A DNA stretch of 42,288 bases. It comes from Candidatus Falkowbacteria bacterium GW2011_GWF2_43_32. GTDB taxonomy: Bacteria > Patescibacteriota > Patescibacteriia > Patescibacteriales > UBA12465. The translations under genes were made by a program, and so were the position numbers. Positions within the stretch are counted from its first letter, which is position 1. Every line of letters begins with the position of its first letter. The notes under the pieces were generated by a model, which was not told the origin of the DNA, searched no databases, and worked only from the letters and a program-made list of their open reading frames with translations. Location of the stretch: assembly GCA_000999715.1 (NCBI GenBank), contig LCGL01000004.1:1-42288 (forward strand). The letters run 5' to 3'. Positions 35,204 to 42,288 of the stretch are shown here, one piece after another.

Positions 35204-36629
35204 GATAGAGAGGCAAAGAGATAATAAATTTTGTTCCGTCGCCCGGATGACTGTCTACGGTAATTTCACCGGCGAAACATTTTTCAATAATATTTTTACT
35301 GGAGGATAATCCGAGCCCCAGGCCGCCGGCATTATTGTTGGTAAAATTATTTTTTGTGCTGAAAAACGGTTCAAAAATTTTGGCAACATTTTCCGGCGAG
35401 ATGCCGTGGCCTTGGTCGCTGATGGTGATAAAAACCTGATCAGCGGTCGGCTCCAATTTAATTTCTACTTCTTTATCGGTTGGCCATTCCTGTTGTTCTG
35501 TACACTGTTTGGCCCGGCGGTCGCCGATTTCGCTGGCTTCAATGGCGTTAGCCAAGAGATTGGTGATGACTTGTCCGAATTTGACGGCCTCGCCGTAGAG
35601 TTGAACTTCCGTTTTTGGCCGGAAAATAATTTTAACCGCGGCGCGTCGCGCTTTATAAGCCAAGATTTGGATGATTTGGTGTATTTCCTCGTTAGCCGAA
35701 AAAGAACTTGTCTGACTTTCGCGTTGGATTTGTTTTTTGATGCTGGCAATCAAATCTTCCATTTTGTGCGTCGCCAAAATAGCTTGACTGAGATAAGATT
35801 TTGCGCCCAGAATTTCGTTTTTTCCTTGATCTTTGATTTGTTCCAGATTTAAAGAGATGGCCGTCAGGGGATTGATCAAATCGTGAAAGATACCCGAAGA
35901 CAGGCGGCCGAATTCGGCCAAGTGATACAGCTGACCGATTTTCTCCGTTTCCGCTTGGCGCAATTCTTTGGTTTTTTCTATGACCTTGATTTCCAGCGAA
36001 TCTCGTTCTTGGCGCAAGTCCGCTTCGCTCTGCCTGGCTCTTTTGAGCGCTTTTTCTATTCCCCGGGAGAATAGCCAGGCGATGATGGCGATGATCAGAA
36101 AAAGAATCGTGTAAGCAATAGCGTCCCCCAATTCGTGCGGTTCTTTGCGCCAGTAGCCGTTGACGACAACGGTGCCGTCGGTTTGCCAACGGGTCAGAAT
36201 AATCAGAAAAAGATTGATTGCGGCCGTGCTAATTAAAACCAAGTTAGAGCCGATCAGCACGCCGGATAAAGTAATGATCAAAACGGCCAACAACAGAGCC
36301 GCCGGTAAATCCGCGCCCCAGGCGATGAAAGAATACAGCATCGGTAGGGCATAAACGACAACAAGCAACCAAGCGGCGATTTTTATTCGGCCTTTTCGGG
36401 ACAGTCGCAATAAAAAAATAAAAAATAATAAGATTGATAGAGTATAAATGATCGGTAAACCGCGGTCTTGCGGTTGTTTGATTAAATCTATAAGACGAAT
36501 AACGTTCAGGACGGCAAAACCGACGATTGAAAACCATAACAGAATGTTGAGAATCAATTCTCGTCGCCTTAAATCTTCGTCGGGATGGCGCGGTTGAATC
36601 AGGGTTTTGATTTTTTGTTTTAAGGTCAT
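35193..36629 (-). CDS. Sensor histidine kinase with a ~6-TM N-terminal sensor and no large extracytoplasmic domain
   Basis: H-box SSGIFHDLINPLTAI, N-box ITNLLANAIEA, G1 ISDQGHGI, G2 GGLGLGLS. Start chosen at ATG 36629 (MTLKQKIKTL...). The 529-aa version in the ORF track adds a basic, non-coding-looking extension. Confidence 0.9.
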   Translation of the reverse strand: MTLKQKIKTLIQPRHPDEDLRRRELILNILLWFSIVGFAVLNVIRLIDLIKQPQDRGLPIIYTLSILLFFIFLLRLSRKGRIKIAAWLLVVVYALPMLYSFIAWGADLPAALLLAVLIITLSGVLIGSNLVLISTAAINLFLIILTRWQTDGTVVVNGYWRKEPHELGDAIAYTILFLIIAIIAWLFSRGIEKALKRARQSEADLRQERDSLEIKVIEKTKELRQAETEKIGQLYHLAEFGRLSSGIFHDLINPLTAISLNLEQIKDQGKNEILGAKSYLSQAILATHKMEDLIASIKKQIQRESQTSSFSANEEIHQIIQILAYKARRAAVKIIFRPKTEVQLYGEAVKFGQVITNLLANAIEASEIGDRRAKQCTEQQEWPTDKEVEIKLEPTADQVFITISDQGHGISPENVAKIFEPFFSTKNNFTNNNAGGLGLGLSSSKNIIEKCFAGEITVDSHPGDGTKFIISLPLYHAS

Positions 36630-36659
36630 AGTGTTTATAAAAATTCGCTTATCGTCAAG

Positions 36660-36694
36660 ATAAACAAAACACTTCTTAAATTTTAAGAAGTGTT
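36660..36694 (-). terminator. Strong hairpin plus U-tract about 35 nt upstream of the kinase start (terminator/attenuator)
   Basis: On the minus strand: AACACTTCTTAA-AAT-TTAAGAAGTGTT, a perfect 12-bp stem, followed by TTTTGTTTAT. Confidence 0.6.
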
Positions 36695-36702
36695 GAGGGC
36701 GC

Positions 36703-36816
36703 TTAGTCGCGCCAGGGAGTTCCGGGATTGAGCGCCGTCGCGAGAATGGCCGCCAATAATTTTGTCGTTTCCGGGCGGGCAAGATTTTTTTCGTCTTTTT
36801 TAGGATTTGTCGCCAT
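36703..36816 (-). CDS. Possible 37-codon ORF in the RR-HK spacer
   Basis: My translation is MATNPKKDEKNLARPETTKLLAAILATALNPGTPWRD. It lies between an extended -10 (TGCTATAAT, 36934-36942, minus strand) and the 12-bp hairpin. No SD was seen. Confidence 0.2.
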   Translation of the reverse strand: MATNPKKDEKNLARPETTKLLAAILATALNPGTPWRD

Positions 36817-36950
36817 AAAATAGAAAATTAGATTATTGTTCGGGCAATATCGACCTGATGACGGCCGGGAAATATCGACAATATCATTTGGTCGTTTCGC
36901 CGAATTATTTCCCCGCCATCTATTGCCGATATGATTATAGCAAAAGGGAA

Positions 36951-36978
36951 ATAAATAAAATTTAAAATTTTTCTAAAG
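36951..36978. repeat. 28-bp direct repeat, copy A (3' flank of the response-regulator gene)
   Basis: ATAAATAAAATTTAAAATTTTTCTAAAG matches copy B at 37970-37997 in 26 of 28 positions. Confidence 0.6.
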
Positions 36979-36997
36979 TTTTTCTTTATTTTTTTCA

Positions 36998-37669
36998 TCA
37001 TTTTCGATCGTCAATTTTATAACCGCGGTTGGAAACCGTAAAAATTAATTGTTTGTTGCCGGTTTCCAGTTTTTTTCTCAAATTCATGATATGAACTTCA
37101 ATCGTATTGGAGAAGGGGTCGGCGTTTTCATCCCAAACATGTTCCATAATTTCTTGGCGCGGCAAAATACGCCCCTGATTTCTCAATAGATATTCCAACA
37201 GAGAGAATTCTTTGGAGGGCAAAATAATACGTCGTCCGTTTTTCGTGACCACAAATTTATCGGGATCCAATTCTAAATCTTGAAATTTTAGAACGTTACC
37301 TTGCCAATTTCGGGGCCGACGCGAGATGGCTTTGATTCTGGCCAACAATTCCGAAAAAGCGAAAGGTTTGGCCAGGTAATCGTCCACTCCCAGGGTCAGC
37401 AAATCAACTTTGTCGGATAGTTCGGAGCGAACGGTGAGCATGAGAATCGGCACGCTTAAGCCTTCGGTCCGAATTTTTTGGACGATTTCCCGTCCGTCCA
37501 ATTGCGGCAGATTATAATCCATGACAATCAACCGGTATTCGTTGGTGCGAGCCAAAAAATAACCGCGCTCGCCGTCCGAGGCGATATCCACGGCATAGCC
37601 CGCATTTTTTAAAGCCGTGGCCAGAGAACGAACAATGTTGTCGTCATCCTCAATCAATAAAAGTCGCAT
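36998..37669 (-). CDS. OmpR-family response regulator (receiver plus winged helix)
   Basis: MRLLLIEDDDNIV, the acceptor region LIVMDYNLPQLDG, LAKPF, and the wHTH segment IEVHIMNLRKKL...SNRGYKI. Confidence 0.95.
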   Translation of the reverse strand: MRLLLIEDDDNIVRSLATALKNAGYAVDIASDGERGYFLARTNEYRLIVMDYNLPQLDGREIVQKIRTEGLSVPILMLTVRSELSDKVDLLTLGVDDYLAKPFAFSELLARIKAISRRPRNWQGNVLKFQDLELDPDKFVVTKNGRRIILPSKEFSLLEYLLRNQGRILPRQEIMEHVWDENADPFSNTIEVHIMNLRKKLETGNKQLIFTVSNRGYKIDDRK

Positions 37670-37732
37670 ATTTTTATAAGATATTTTCCGATTTTATTTT
37701 AGCGCATATTTCTCGGTAAAACAATTAATTAT

Positions 37733-37762
37733 CCCCGCTTCTTGTTTTATTAAGAAGCGGGG
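37733..37762 (-). terminator. 11-bp perfect hairpin downstream of the small Cys-rich ORF
   Basis: CCCCGCTTCTT-GTTTTATT-AAGAAGCGGGG. On the minus strand the trailing sequence is only moderately U-rich. Confidence 0.5.
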
Positions 37763-37768
37763 ACGAGG

Positions 37769-37939
37769 TTACGGAAGCAGAACATCTTCCGGTTGGTAGC
37801 GGCCGTAAGGATTGGGCGAACAATAAGGACATTGTTGATCGCCGATACGGCAGAGGGTAAGATAGCCGAGTTTGCTTTTATGGCGGCAGTCTCCTCTTTT
37901 AAAGCAACGATGCTTCTGACAAGTTTTACTTAAGCTCAT
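37769..37939 (-). CDS. Possible 56-aa basic Cys-rich protein; not in the supplied ORF track
   Basis: My translation is MSLSKTCQKHRCFKRGDCRHKSKLGYLTLCRIGDQQCPYCSPNPYGRYQPEDVLLP, with 6 Cys including CPYC. The stop is followed 6 nt later by the 11-bp hairpin. No clear SD. Confidence 0.35.
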   Translation of the reverse strand: MSLSKTCQKHRCFKRGDCRHKSKLGYLTLCRIGDQQCPYCSPNPYGRYQPEDVLLP

Positions 37940-37969
37940 AGTTTTTATTCTTATTGTAGACTATGACCG

Positions 37970-37997
37970 ATAAATAAAATTTAAATTTTTTTTAAAG
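37970..37997. repeat. 28-bp direct repeat, copy B
   Basis: ATAAATAAAATTTAAATTTTTTTTAAAG. See copy A at 36951-36978. Confidence 0.6.
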
Positions 37998-38112
37998 AAA
38001 AAATAAAGATAAATTTTTTGGCTAATTATCAAGGAATTATATTTTTTTTGGTTGCCTTTCCCGGTAATCCGCGATAAGATATAAGCAGTCTTTAATTGGC
38101 TGAGCCTTAATT

Positions 38113-40218
38113 ATGAGCGCTAATTTTTTTAAAAATACCAAGAAAAATAGAATCGGCGGCGCTTTGCGCGACGAACACGAAGACCCTTTTGCCATCAAAG
38201 AGGGTAAATTTCGTTTTGGTCAGTTGAAAGATTCTTTTTATTATACCGATTGGACCGAACAATCGTTTTTGGCCGACGCCGGACGCAAGGGAATGGTCAG
38301 TCGTTCTTTTGATTTGGACAAATTAAAATATTTTATTTTTGTCGCTTTGATCGCTTTACTGCTTTTGTTGGGGCGCGCTTTTTGGTTGCAGGTGGTGAAA
38401 AATGATTATTATAGTTCTTTGTCCGAAAGTAATCGGCGGCGAGCCGAAGTGATTGAACCCAAGCGCGGTATTATTTATGCTGCCGATTTGCGACCCTTGG
38501 TGCGCAACACCGCCAATTTCGTTTTATATTTCCGGCCGATTGATTTGCCTAAAGACGAATTGATTCGAGACAATCTTCTGCGTCAAATCAGCCGCATTTT
38601 GGAGGGAGAGCCGGCTTTGAACGATGATATTTTTTTGACGGTCGCCGACGAATCGGCGGCGATGTCCATCAATGTCGTCCCCGATAACGCCACCTTTCAT
38701 GAATTGAAAGAAGCTTTATCCAAAATAAAGCTCGGTTCCCTGGAATCGTATCAGCCTTTGTTTGCCGCCGCCAATATTGATTATGACAAGGCGATGTTGA
38801 TTACGTTGAAATTGCCTAATTGGCCGGGCGTTTTCTTGTCCACCAAAATTCGTCGAGAATATCTTTTGCCGACTTCGGCCTCCAGTTCCGTTGTTTTGGG
38901 CGAAAGCAGTTTGGCGCATATCTTGGGATATACGGGTAAAATTGCCGCCGAAGAAATGGAATTTTTGGGCCGGGAATATTCTTTGATTGATTATGTCGGC
39001 AAAACCGGACTTGAATATTCATATGAAAAAGAATTGAAGGGTCGGGCCGGACAGAAAAATTTGGAAGTGGATGCCTTGGGCCGACAGAAAAAAATTTTAA
39101 ACGAATCGGTGGCGATAAACGGTTATAATTTGCAATTGTCTCTTGATTTGGACCTTCAACAAAAAACCGAAGAAGTGGTCCAAGCTTATTTGCGTCAGGC
39201 TAATTTGAAGCGCGCATCGGTTATCATTATTAATCCCAATAATGGCGCCGTCTTGGCTTTAGTCAGTTTGCCGGCCTATAATAATAATCTTTTCGCGCGC
39301 GGCATCAGCCAGGAAGAATATAATCAATTTTTGGACGATCCCGACCGACCTTTGTTTAATCGAGCGATAAATGGCGAGTTTCCTTCCGGTTCCACCATCA
39401 AACCTTTATTTGCCGCCGCGGCCTTGCAAGAAAAAATCATTACCGAAACAACCAGTTTTTTAAGCACCGGCGGCTTGCGTTTGGGGGAGTGGTTTTTTCC
39501 GGACTGGAAAGCGGGCGGGCACGGCATCACCGACGTGCGACAGGCGCTGGCTCAATCGGTTAATACCTTTTTCTATTATATCGGTGGCGGTTATCAAAAT
39601 TTCCAAGGTTTGGGCGTGAGCGGTTTGGTAAAATATTCCCGATTTTTCGGTTTGGGCGAGTCCAGCGGTTTGGATTTGCCCGGCGAACGAGCCGGCTTTG
39701 TGCCAACGATTGCCTGGAAAGAACAAGTGAAAGACGAGCCCTGGTATATCGGAGACACTTATCATTTCGCCATCGGTCAGGGCGACGTTTTGGTGACGCC
39801 GTTGCAAGTAGCCAATTATACGGTGGCGATTGCCAACGGCGGGACTTTGTATGGGCCGCATTTGGTCGCCAAGATTTTAAACGAAGATAACGAAACGGTG
39901 GAGGAAATCGCTCCGCGCGTGATTAACTCCGGTTTTATTGATCAGCATAATTTACAAATCGTACGCGAAGGTTTGCGTCAGACTGTAACACGGGGAAGCG
40001 CGCAATCTTTGCAAACGGTGCCGGTGGCGGTGGCCGGCAAAACCGGTACGGCACAATGGTCCACGAAAAAGAGTCCTCACGCTTGGTTCACCGGGTTTGC
40101 TCCTTATGATAATCCGGAAGTGGCGATTACCGTTCTGGTGGAAGAGGGCGTGGAAGGCAGTACGATGGCCGTGCCGATAGCCAGAGATATTTTAACTTGG
40201 TATTTTCGCAATCGATAA
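38113..40218 (+). CDS. Class B penicillin-binding protein (PBP2/FtsI-type transpeptidase)
   Basis: N-terminal TM anchor, a dimerisation domain, and the transpeptidase motifs SGSTIKP (SxxK), QSVN (SxN) and GKTGTA (KTG). Confidence 0.92.
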   Translation: MSANFFKNTKKNRIGGALRDEHEDPFAIKEGKFRFGQLKDSFYYTDWTEQSFLADAGRKGMVSRSFDLDKLKYFIFVALIALLLLLGRAFWLQVVKNDYYSSLSESNRRRAEVIEPKRGIIYAADLRPLVRNTANFVLYFRPIDLPKDELIRDNLLRQISRILEGEPALNDDIFLTVADESAAMSINVVPDNATFHELKEALSKIKLGSLESYQPLFAAANIDYDKAMLITLKLPNWPGVFLSTKIRREYLLPTSASSSVVLGESSLAHILGYTGKIAAEEMEFLGREYSLIDYVGKTGLEYSYEKELKGRAGQKNLEVDALGRQKKILNESVAINGYNLQLSLDLDLQQKTEEVVQAYLRQANLKRASVIIINPNNGAVLALVSLPAYNNNLFARGISQEEYNQFLDDPDRPLFNRAINGEFPSGSTIKPLFAAAALQEKIITETTSFLSTGGLRLGEWFFPDWKAGGHGITDVRQALAQSVNTFFYYIGGGYQNFQGLGVSGLVKYSRFFGLGESSGLDLPGERAGFVPTIAWKEQVKDEPWYIGDTYHFAIGQGDVLVTPLQVANYTVAIANGGTLYGPHLVAKILNEDNETVEEIAPRVINSGFIDQHNLQIVREGLRQTVTRGSAQSLQTVPVAVAGKTGTAQWSTKKSPHAWFTGFAPYDNPEVAITVLVEEGVEGSTMAVPIARDILTWYFRNR

Positions 40219-40244
40219 CATTAAAAATTAATTTTATAATTTTT

Positions 40245-40723
40245 ATGCCTCTTTATTTACATTTATCCATTCATTTCTGTGCCGCCGTTATCAGCGGCTA
40301 TATTGTCGGCCGATATTTCCGGCGCCCCGGATTGGGTGTTATTGCCGGAATTTTGGGCGGATTTTTAATAGATCTTGATCATGTTCTGGAATATTTTCTG
40401 GTCTTCGGACCGCAGTTCAATCTCTGGATGTTCTTTAATGGCCGACAATTTCTGGTCAGCGATCAGATTCGCCTGTTTTTTCACGCTTGGGAATATGCCA
40501 TCATATTTTTGGCTCTGGCGGCCATACTTTATCGGCGCAAAAAGGCGGTGCCTTTGTTTTTGCCGGTTTAGTACATCTGGCTTCCGATTGTTTGATCAAC
40601 AATTATCCGCCACGCAACTATTCTTTTATTTATCGCGCCAATCGCAATTTCAAAGCCGTCGAACTATTGAGTCCCGCGCAGTATCATGAATATTTGACCG
40701 ATCGCCGTAAAGTGGGGCTTTAG
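40245..40723 (+). pseudogene. Membrane-bound metal-dependent hydrolase-like (YdjM/DUF457-like) gene interrupted by a -1 frame change near 40539-40544
   Basis: Frame 3 gives MPLYLHLSIHF...GGFLIDLDHVLEYF...ILYRRKKAVPLFLPV*, with the stop at 40571. Frame 2 continues from the same point as ...KGGAFVFAGLVHLASDCLINNYPP... to 40723. The switch point coincides with CAAAAAGG. Confidence 0.45.
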
Positions 40724-40751
40724 CGGATTTTTAGCGAAATTTTTAAGGTAA

Positions 40752-40778
40752 TTAGCACTCTCTTGACGGGAGTGCTAA
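40752..40778. promoter_or_regulatory. CIRCE operator (HrcA binding site), perfect consensus
   Basis: TTAGCACTC-N9-GAGTGCTAA reads exactly, with spacer TCTTGACGG. Confidence 0.95.
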
Positions 40779-40791
40779 GTTTGTTTATAAT
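40763..40791 (+). promoter_or_regulatory. Near-consensus sigma70 promoter embedded in CIRCE
   Basis: TTGACG (40763-40768, inside the CIRCE spacer), a 17-nt spacer, then TATAAT (40786-40791). Confidence 0.8.
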
Positions 40792-40996
40792 AGAATTAGA
40801 TTAATCAACGCCAGGTTTCGCGAAGCGAAACTGACACGTTATTATAGACTACGAGGTAAGAAAATAATGTTTTGGAGCGCATATGATTTCGTAGAGAAAA
40901 ATTTAGACGCGCAGTGGATAAATTTTTCCACAGAAATCATCTAAGCGAAGAAACATTTATTTTTTACCGAGTCAGAGTGAGAGTAATGTAGAATAT

Positions 40997-41689
40997 ATGC
41001 TGTCCGATCGCAAAAAATTCCTGTTGGAAACAATCATCAAAGAGTATGTCAAAACCGCTACGCCGGTTTCTTCCGGTATGTTGGTGGAGAAATATAAACT
41101 GGCTGTCTCGCCGGCGACGGTGCGCAATGAAATGATGGAATTGGAAGAAGAGGGTTATATTCATCAGCCGCATACTTCGGCCGGGCGTTTGCCGACCGGG
41201 TTGGCGTATGAATCTTTTTGGCAGGATTTGTTGACGATAAAAAAGAGAAAAGAATTGAAAGAAGCGGAGATAAAAATTTTGGAAAATTTATTCAAGCGCG
41301 AAGAGGCGGCCTATAAGCAGACCGCCAAGACAATTGCCGAATTGGCGAACGGCGCGGTATTTTGGGCTTTTCATAAAAACGATTTGTATTATACCGGCTT
41401 GGCCAATTTATTCGTGCAACCGGAATTTAAGCAAGTCAATGCCGTTTGCGATATGTCCGGCATCATTGATCGCTTGGAAGAAATTATTGACGATATTTTT
41501 GAAGGACTGAAAGAGGGCGAGCAAGCGATGATCGGCCCCAAAAATCCTTTCGGCAATTTTTTGAGCACGGTATTGGTAAAATACAAGGACAAGGGCCGGA
41601 GCGGTTTATTCGGAATTATCGGGCCGATGCGGATGGATTACGGCCGTAATTTGGCCTTAGTGGAATTTATTAAAAATAAGTTTGCTTAA
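40997..41689 (+). CDS. hrcA: Heat-inducible transcription repressor HrcA (short form, 230 aa)
   Basis: PVSSGMLVEKY...SPATVRNEMMELEEEGYIHQPHTSAGRLPT is the hallmark HrcA N-terminal wHTH. The protein is roughly 100 aa shorter than the HrcA proteins I recall. Confidence 0.88.
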   Translation: MLSDRKKFLLETIIKEYVKTATPVSSGMLVEKYKLAVSPATVRNEMMELEEEGYIHQPHTSAGRLPTGLAYESFWQDLLTIKKRKELKEAEIKILENLFKREEAAYKQTAKTIAELANGAVFWAFHKNDLYYTGLANLFVQPEFKQVNAVCDMSGIIDRLEEIIDDIFEGLKEGEQAMIGPKNPFGNFLSTVLVKYKDKGRSGLFGIIGPMRMDYGRNLALVEFIKNKFA

Positions 41690-41690
41690 G

Positions 41691-41804
41691 GACTTTAAAA
41701 ATTATGTTTTTTTCGCTCAGGATTTTTTCTGTGGCAAAAATTAATTTCATTAATTTTTGCTGGACGAAAAAATATTCGCTCCTTAAAACATAATTTTCAA
41801 AGTC
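41691..41804. repeat. Nested inverted-repeat element between hrcA and the NUDIX gene
   Basis: The outer arm GACTTTAAAAATTATGTTTT (41691-41710) pairs with AAAACATAATTTTCAAAGTC (41785-41804) at 19 of 20 positions. The central perfect hairpin is GCAAAAATTAAT-TTC-ATTAATTTTTGC (41734-41760). Confidence 0.75.
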
Positions 41805-41815
41805 TATAAATGTTT

Positions 41816-42288
41816 ATGAATGAAGAAATAAAAGCGCACCCTGAAGCGGTCGTCGGACCGATAATTTACAATGAAAAAGGGGAAATTTTATTGATTAAGA
41901 ATCCAAAATTTGGAGATTTTTGGACTATTCCCGGCGGACATATTGAGTTGGATGAACCGGCGGAAGAGGCTTTGAAGCGGGAAATTATGGAAGAAACCGG
42001 TTTGGAATTAAAAAATATCGAACCGATTGGTTTTACGGAAGGAATAAATCCGGAATTTTTTCATAAAAAAAAGCATTTTATTTATTTGAATTATTTGGCG
42101 GAACTGGCCGGAGGAGAAATGACGAAAAGCGAAGAAATGACCGAATATCTTTGGATTGCGCCGGAAAAAACGGGCGATTTGAAAATAAGCGAATCGGTTA
42201 GACCCTTGATTGATATTTATTTGGAAAAAAAGAAGAATGACGCGATCTGCCAGCCGGCGGACTGGGAACACAAGTACAAGCGTGCTTT
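41816..42288 (+). CDS. NUDIX hydrolase, 3'-truncated by the window edge; not in the supplied ORF track
   Basis: Frame 2 is open from ATG 41810/41816 to the end of the window. The Nudix box reads GGHIELDEPAEEALKREIMEETGLEL (Gx5Ex7REUxEExGU). Confidence 0.85.
   Translation, partial: MNEEIKAHPEAVVGPIIYNEKGEILLIKNPKFGDFWTIPGGHIELDEPAEEALKREIMEETGLELKNIEPIGFTEGINPEFFHKKKHFIYLNYLAELAGGEMTKSEEMTEYLWIAPEKTGDLKISESVRPLIDIYLEKKKNDAICQPADWEHKYKRA

Noticed and set aside
35406-36537. Several 60-165-aa ORFs on both strands inside the histidine kinase gene
   Set aside because: They are overlapped by the kinase ORF, which has complete H, N, G1 and G2 boxes. Their translations are Arg/Gly/Ser-rich frame artefacts.
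1-42288. Scan for CRISPR arrays, rRNA genes, IS elements/transposases and prophage genes
   Set aside because: By eye I found no regularly spaced direct-repeat arrays, no rRNA-like conserved stretches, and no DDE, serine or tyrosine recombinase motifs in any ORF. A computational repeat finder would be needed to be fully certain.

Overview
This is a gene-dense window, mostly on the + strand, from a small-genome bacterium. The gene content points to a Patescibacteria/CPR-like organism, but that is inference because no search was possible. Supporting gene content includes ftsA-ftsZ, secDF, clpP, pilD, nrdR-nrdD-nrdG, ftsEX, PBP2 and hrcA with CIRCE. It also includes giant Cys-rich surface proteins and many single-pass membrane proteins with DxDxDG repeats. 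All family calls come from motifs I can read in the translations, not from database hits. I saw no rRNA, CRISPR array, transposase, integrase or reverse transcriptase. There are three tRNAs: Thr-CGU and Gly-CCC on the minus strand, and Gln-UUG on the plus strand. The observations most worth follow-up are listed here. (1) The class III ribonucleotide reductase is split: the 683-aa NrdD stops just after its Zn ribbon. The glycyl-radical segment (YSRVVGW...) sits in a separate, unlisted 45-codon ORF in another frame, 38 nt downstream. (2) A multi-TM histidine kinase overlaps by 11 nt a squalene/phytoene-synthase-like protein. Its response regulator is detached by a 368-bp spacer that carries its own promoter-like site, a mini-ORF and a terminator. 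(3) A surface locus spanning roughly the first 9.8 kb of the window holds two giant disulfide-rich proteins plus thrombospondin-type-3-repeat membrane proteins. (4) A soluble coupling-protein/HerA-like ATPase fused to a CxxC-x17-CxxC zinc ribbon lies next to a DEDDh exonuclease, directly downstream of the nrd genes. (5) An orphan 226-aa gene has atypical codon usage, an A-poor 3' end and a convergent hyper-acidic mini-protein. (6) An RlpA-DPBB/S11 carboxypeptidase fusion is co-operonic with ftsEX. Several regulatory sites can be read directly: a perfect CIRCE inside a consensus promoter, tandem NrdR boxes, a DnaA box and multiple intrinsic terminators.
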